DNA of 56,169 nucleotides, counting the filler, from Catajapyx aquilonaris (Eukaryota): assembly GCA_000934665.2 (NCBI GenBank). It is 3 parts of 3 records of this genome, joined end to end, with 100 filler letters (N's around TTAATTAATTAA, not from the genome) between each part and the next. Parts side by side here need not be neighbours in the genome. Positions count along the whole stretch, not along the records: positions 37,362 to 56,169 come from JYFJ02006672.1; 2 more parts are not named here. One strand, written 5' to 3'. Position numbers and translations under genes: made by a program. The notes below the pieces were generated by a model. It did not search any database. It saw nothing but the letters and a program-made list of their open reading frames with translations, and was not told the DNA's origin. Positions 49,779 to 56,169 of the stretch are shown piece by piece (the stretch's first letter is position 1; every line of letters starts with the position of its first letter).

Positions 49779-52700
49779 TTAGTGAGGTCCTTTTGGGCTT
49801 GGACAGTCTTCATTGCTGGAGGGCGAGTCGCCTCTGATGTAGTTTAGAACCGTATCTGATTCCAGGCCCGGTCTTTTCTTCCGAGTTTGCGACGACAAGA
49901 ATCCCTTCCATGGAAATCTCGCTTTTTGCTGTGTGGTGCTGCTGACATCGCTGGCCGATTTGATCTTTCTGGCAGGGATCTGCTGGGTCTGCTCGTGATC
50001 TTCGATGGTTGCCATCTGAACGAACAACAAACAGCAATTTAAGCTGCAAATGTGAGCAACAATATAGTTCAACTTTACTGTACTAATAATCGAGTCAGAT
50101 AAAATAGTTTCACGCAATGTTAGTACAAGTGGAAAAAATAGGCTTATTCTCTCCGTCGGATGTTTGTCCGACCTGATAGTACCACTATCTCCCTCACGAC
50201 TTGAGAGTGGCAGAAGTGTGCAGCTGGGGAAGGATGCGACATCTATGCGTGAAGAATAGCACTATGTTGGTAAATCGGCCGCCAGCGCGGTACTATCAGG
50301 TCGGACAAACATCCGATGGAGAGCAATAGCATATTATAGAAGTTAAGTTGATAATAATTCAGACACGCACCGTGCCACTTGGTAGATCTCTGGAGGAGTA
50401 CCGTCCTCTGTGGACGAGTCTGTCTCCGGAGGCGCAACAGGACTTGATGGTGTTCATGTGCTGGTCCAACACCTCTCTCAACATGCTCTGGCACAACCCG
50501 ACGTCCGCGTTCAGACAATCCTTCAGCACGCCCATCAGGATCTGATTCAGCTCGTCTGATCCAGCAGACGTTTTGCAAGGTTTATCTCTCTTCAGAATCC
50601 CGCTCAGTGTGAATCGACCGATAGAAGTGGCACTGCTAGTTGCTGAAACTGCCTGACTTCCCCCGTCCTGCAAAATGTTAAAATAATGTACCGGTCATCC
50701 TAAACACATCTGTGGAGCCGTACCTTCAGCTTGGACTCGAACTTCTGAAGGACACGTGTGACGGCAGCGGACAAATCCAGTGTCGTCTGCATCTTGTCCA
50801 TCTCCAGCTGCAACGCGATGTAGTGCAAGAGTTCGTCCCGAATCTTCCTGCAAGTGACCTCACCACAGAGGTACTCTCCACGGGTCACCGCTTCGGTGAT
50901 GTGGTGCTGCAGCATGTCCACGTGGTTTCGCATGAACCTGAAAGTCCGTCCCATAAGCTGGTCTCGTCTGGACTTCAGGTTGCTCGACACCAACTCCCGG
51001 AGTCTGTCCCTGTTCACTTCCACTGGCTGCTGTACCGCCGAACTGCTGATCATTTCTTTGATCACCTCGGCCAGAGACCTGCTGACCTCCGACACGACCG
51101 TCGCTCTCTGTCGGGTCAGCCCCTTGCGGATAAGCTCGGGCCATTTCTTGCGGAGGTCCTGCAGGTCCTGCTTCAAGAATGGGTGTACCGGCTGGTTGGT
51201 CACGACTTCCACCTTTTATGAGAATGAAGAATGAATATTTATGTACGAGAGCAACCGAGTGCGCACCCACACTCGCGCAAATCCATTGCTCCGACAATAA
51301 TGTTGCCACAGGGACTCGTTCGTTCCAGAGTCTTGGCAACGTCGCAAAAGTCAGCCATATTGTTACCCCCTCAATCATATTTGCGCGAACTGTGTTGCGC
51401 CCATATAGTAACTGCCAACCTTACCCTGTCCACTATGAAGTCTCTGTTTCCGGGGCCGCCGAAATTGTCGTATCTTCCTGTTCCACTTGGCGGTCTGGGT
51501 GTTGTAGAAGTCGATGGCATCTCCCGATCATCCTGAGGGGTTATCATCTCCTGACGATTCAGCATCTTCTTCATGTTACCTACAGAGAAGTTGTTTGCTG
51601 CATCAGAGGATATCCTGGAGTCCACGCTTTGGGCGCTAGGAGAACTTCTCCTCCTAAGTCGTCTCCCGCTGTGTGATGAGCTGCTTCTCCTTGGACTTCT
51701 AGAGCTTCTTTCTGCGACAGTCGCGTCGTTCCAAGACACGTGCTTGTGTCTCATGGAATTCGAAACAGATTTGCACTCACAATGCGATTGCTGACGTGTG
51801 CCGTCGTCAAACTGCTGAAGTTGGTCTGGAGTCAGACCAAGACCCTTTGGCGTGCATATAATACCCCTGCTGGGTATGATGTCCGTTGATGAAAACCGGT
51901 CAGGAGACAGCGAGGGTAGAGCCTGTAAGGAGTCACTGGTCTTGGCAGCTCTGTCCGAGTCATTGGAAGATTCATATCCGGCTGAGACAGTGGCTGGTGC
52001 CAACATCTTACCACCAGTCCTGTCTGGCGACATACTCACATTAATTACAAACTTATCCTCTGGAGTCGAGTCCAGGTTGACCCAAGCTTCGTAATCCAAA
52101 ATCTCTGCAGAGTATCTCTTCGTCGAACGGTGTCTCTTCGGCGATGTTAGTTGTACCTCAGCCACATACGGATCCTGCAGGTGCTTGGGAGTATTAGTTT
52201 GATCGGGGCTTCTCTGGCCAGTTGCAAACGGAAACTTTGTAGCATCCTTCTTTGGAGATCTCACACCTTGTTCCCGCTTACGAGGATCTGAAGCATATAC
52301 CGGAGATGTGACAGCATCAGTCGTGGTTGTGCAGTTACATGGATTTGATGACATCTCTTCTTCAGAAGCTAGGACCACATCCTTAGGAATGAATGGCTTC
52401 TGTGGTGATGTCGTGCGTCTCTCAGGCGATGAGACACCATAAGTCCGACCACGAGAAGGCGATGGAAACCACGGGCATCCTGAAACCGGACTGCAAGACT
52501 CAGAACTGCTGCTGGTCGCATAACTAGGAGTGCTCTCTTCCATTCTGCGTCTGTTCATTGCGACTTTGGCTGATGGAAGATTCAATCGAGCTCTCCTAGG
52601 TATCGGAACTGCTCCTTCGTGCATGTGAGTCCCAGCAGCAGCTCTGGCGACAAATGGTGCTCTGATCGTACCAAAATCGTCACTCTGCTCGAACTGTACA

Positions 52701-54700
52701 CGCTTATCTATCTTCTTAGGAACAGGTCGTTCGGACGACTTTTCTCTTCTGGTCATCTGGTTATCATCAGGACTATTGAGAATCGAAACTGATTCAGGCA
52801 ATGCTAATGCTATTGTTAAGTTCAAGTTCTCGGCCGATGAATCCGGAGATCGTCGCCTTTTGTGTGGCTTTTGTAGGTTTGATGAATCGCACATGCATTT
52901 GTCGCAGTGACACGAGCAAGTAATTTCAGGCTGTGGATGAGGCGCTGGACAGACACATTCAGGCTTGCTTACTATCTTATTCCTCGGACTTTGTCTCTTG
53001 GTGCTGTCAGGCTCTTCCGCATTAGAAAAAACCATGATTCCGGATGAAGTCTTCGTCTTCAAATCGATCACTTTTGCTCTGTTGACGATCGTTTTCTGAA
53101 CTGGTTCTTCCACAGCATCATTCGCATCAGGTGTTGCTGCAGCCATGTTTGTGGCCGGATAAGACTGCTTCTTCTTACTTCCTTTTCGACTTTTTACGCC
53201 CGTGTCCTCCGAATCCGCTTCGTACATTGCACTGTCGTCAGTCATAGCTTCACACTTATGCTTTTTGCACCATTCGGATCCAGAGTCACAACACTTTTTC
53301 GACTTTGATTCCTTCTTGACCGGATTCTTCTGGAGCGCTTCGGATTTCTTAGACGACTTTTTGCACTTGTGCACTTTGCAAGATTCGGTCCCGTCGGCAC
53401 ATGTGCACTCTTTTGGACCTTGTCCCACGGAACTGTGCCGTATGATCTCCAGAATGCGCTCAACATGAGGAGACTTCTTGAAGAGAAACGGACGCTTGGT
53501 CTTGCTCGACTTTGGACTAAGCTTGTTATTTGGGCCACGTCCAATGCTGCGACCACTAGATGTTTTGCGCAGTACTGTAGCTGATCCCTTGTTTGTCAAA
53601 TCCGTTTGGCTTCCTGTCGAGCCAACTGAAGCCGGCTTTGAGCTTCCGGCTGTGGCTTCAGATCCGAAGGTTACGGACGAAGTTTCAGACGAACTGGCCG
53701 GAAACTTTGTACTCTTCACCAACATGCTGACACCGTCCTCGTCACCAGCCATGGACCTGAACCCCAACTGCGGTCCTCCTAGGTCACTACCAATTGAGTT
53801 GTCTGATCTGGTCCGATTAGGTGTTAAATTTCCCCTGATCATTCCCTTCTGAATATCTGATTCAACCGGAAAGCCAAATAGGTCCATCACATCACTGCCT
53901 CCAGCCACTCTCTTAGGTGAGAGGCTGGTATCCGATCTGGTCCTATTAGGAGTCAAATTTCCCCTGATCATTCCCTTCTCCAGATCTGATCCCACAGGCA
54001 TGCCCAACATATCTGTGTCACTTCCTCCGCCCATTCTCCTCGTGGTCGAGGAAATGGACGCTCTGGCCGCATTCAATCGAGTCTGAGAGATTCCTATCAA
54101 AGGCTCTCTCTCCAGGTTTGTTGTGGACAATCTGCGAGGAGACTGGAGTTTTCTAGATCTGGGAGGATCTCCCAGGGACTGGTAAGCTGCTTCCGGATCG
54201 TCAGGAATCGACACACGCTTGTCCTCTTCCGCCTAAGTGTATACATCAACATGGGCATAAATGGAAAAGAAATGTGGTCGCACTTTTTAGAAGAAGAGTG
54301 TATTGCCAGGGCATTGTTACGGGCATTTTTGCCCTACATTGTCATGGCTGCGATTCACACGGATTAAAGGCAGCCATGACAGTATAGGAATTGATTGTTA
54401 AGTTGAGCAGATATTTTCCTTATATAATGATGTTTCGTAATTATATGCTCAAATTCGTCAAAAAAAAAAACATTTACTTGCTAGTCTTATTGATATTGTC
54501 TGCACCCAACTTTTCGATTCAGCCACAATATAGCCTACCTGTCTTTTTGAAGCTGTCAAGTATCCGGCTGCCCCAAAGAAACTAGTGGCTGTGCAAAGCA
54601 GCGCGATAAGTCCAAAGAAGGGCTGGACAACAGCCACGATCCCACTGGCCAGCACAGAAGCGCTGATAGCCACTGCAGATGCGTTGGCTCCAAAACCCAT
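49779..54700 (-). CDS. Uncharacterised ~1330-aa protein: N-terminal hydrophobic segment, long S/T/K/R-rich disordered region, C-terminal helical domain
   Basis: Exons 54700-54539, 54232-51425, 51212-50724, 50667-50371, 50015-49779; four phase-0 GT-AG introns all keep frame; the 2808-bp exon is stop-free. The first exon is the least certain. No family recognised. Confidence 0.85.
50149..50323. mobile_element. MITE in the last intron of the orphan gene
   Basis: CTCTCCGTCGGATGTTTGTCCGACCTGATAGTACC is inverted with GGTACTATCAGGTCGGACAAACATCCGATGGAGAG. Confidence 0.85.
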
Positions 54701-56169
54701 CTTTTTTTGGGGGGCCCACTATATTGGCACACACCATTTCTCTGGAAACACGCGTCAACAATGGTTTTCCTTTCCATCCAACAATATGTCATCTGTGCTG
54801 ATCCCAACGCTTTATTAATCGTGCGAGTCAGTTATGGCAGTCGCATAAGCATAGGAAAATGACCACATCACATCTGACTCCCTGACAAAGGGTTTTGAAG
54901 GCTCGTTAACCCAACAACCTCCCCCCATCCACCATCAGATCAGTGGATGGGGGGGTAGCCCCAGTTATATAGAAAGAGAGACTGCTAGGCGTTGGGTTTT
55001 GGGGAAACGAACCGGGGCCTGTTGGAAGATGCCGTGTTTTCCCCTGATTGAAGCAATTAGGGCCGCCCTGTTGACGTCGCCGGCATCGCGACGCCCGGCA
55101 CGTTCGATGGGGGGGCCACCCAGCAGGGGGGTGGGGGGTACAGCAGGAGCCAGGGGTGAGCCGTGGCCAAACAAGGGACAAAAGCAGAGAGCCCCCCCCC
55201 CCCCCTCCATTCTGGGGATGGAGAGAGACAATTGTGCGCAATGCAAGCCCCACATCATCATCAAGGTGCAGATGTTGCTCCCGTTTTGTATCATAATGAT
55301 GGCAATGACACACCCTGAAAGGAGGTGTTTAATTTAATGAGAGTGCTACACCTGTTGATTATTGAAGGAGTTATCACAATTGCAAGCAAGATCGATGTGT
55401 CCTCAGACAGCTTCATGTATAGAGAATATTAATATCCTGCCTACTAAGGCAACCTGTAAGACTCAGTTGACATGTTGGTTGCTTGACTTTCAGGATATGT
55501 TGCTTTGCATTTACTGTTTTCTGGGGGGGGCGGTCCTGGATTTTGTGCAAAGGGTCAGGATGCGGCGTCGTTGGCGTCGTTGGCGTCGCAATAATTGGGC
55601 CAAACAGCGGGCTCAGCTCCCCCCTCAAACTCCGCCCATCTCCTCCTCCCCCCATTACGAGATGAAAGCCATCAGAGGAAGGAGGCGAGGCAGCAAAAAG
55701 GGGGTGGGGGGGGGGGNAGTGTATTGGACTTTCAGCACTTTTCTCTCTCCAGCAGCACCCCCACCCGGCACCCACCCTCTGCTTGTCTAGAGAGTAAACA
55801 TGGCTGCCGACCCCCCCCTTCTCGGATCCCTGCTTTTTCAGAGCAATGCTGCCACAAGCAAGCGCAACACCATTATAGCCATCCGTCAGCCCAACTTTTG
55901 CTCGCCCAACTTATCAACAACGAACTGCATTGATCTTTTTGCCTTGTGTACAACTATATAGAGAGAAAAGAAAAAGAGAGTGGGTGGGGAACAATATGCG
56001 CAGTTCCGATTTTTCCGCCTGAGGGGGGCTTTTGCAAGGGGGGTCAATTTTTAACGAGGTGCTATCTGCGATGTGAAGTTCATGGCTCAGATCTGGCCAT
56101 TATTATATTAGGGGGATGGTAATCTGGGGGGAGTAATCTATAGAGATTATGTGTGGATAAAAATAATGG

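Overview
Eukaryotic (metazoan, probably arthropod) genomic scaffold with spliceosomal introns, two N-gaps and a dense repeat load. Four protein-coding genes can be assembled from the sequence. (1) A strongly diverged TFIIA-gamma (GTF2A2/TfIIA-S-like) paralog, + strand, 13601-14733. (2) IFT57, - strand, 4 coding exons, 48074-42207, 433 aa. (3) A spliced 88-aa single-pass membrane ORF directly upstream of IFT57 whose TGA overlaps the IFT57 ATG (ATGA), suggesting a bicistronic mRNA. (4) A ~1330-aa orphan gene, - strand, 54700-49779, with an N-terminal hydrophobic segment, a long disordered body and RVxF motifs. At 2.6-7.0 kb, six copies plus one remnant of an atypical tRNA-Lys(UUU) gene lie in strictly alternating orientation, built from inverted duplications around mariner-derived MITEs and a SINE. 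Mobile DNA includes a decayed Helitron with a nested Utopia/NeSL-type retrotransposon fragment, LINE, Gypsy and mariner remnants, tRNA-derived SINEs, an orphan tRNA-Lys(CUU) primer-binding site and many hairpin MITEs. No gene could be supported between about 19 and 42 kb. All homology calls are from recalled motifs, not database searches.
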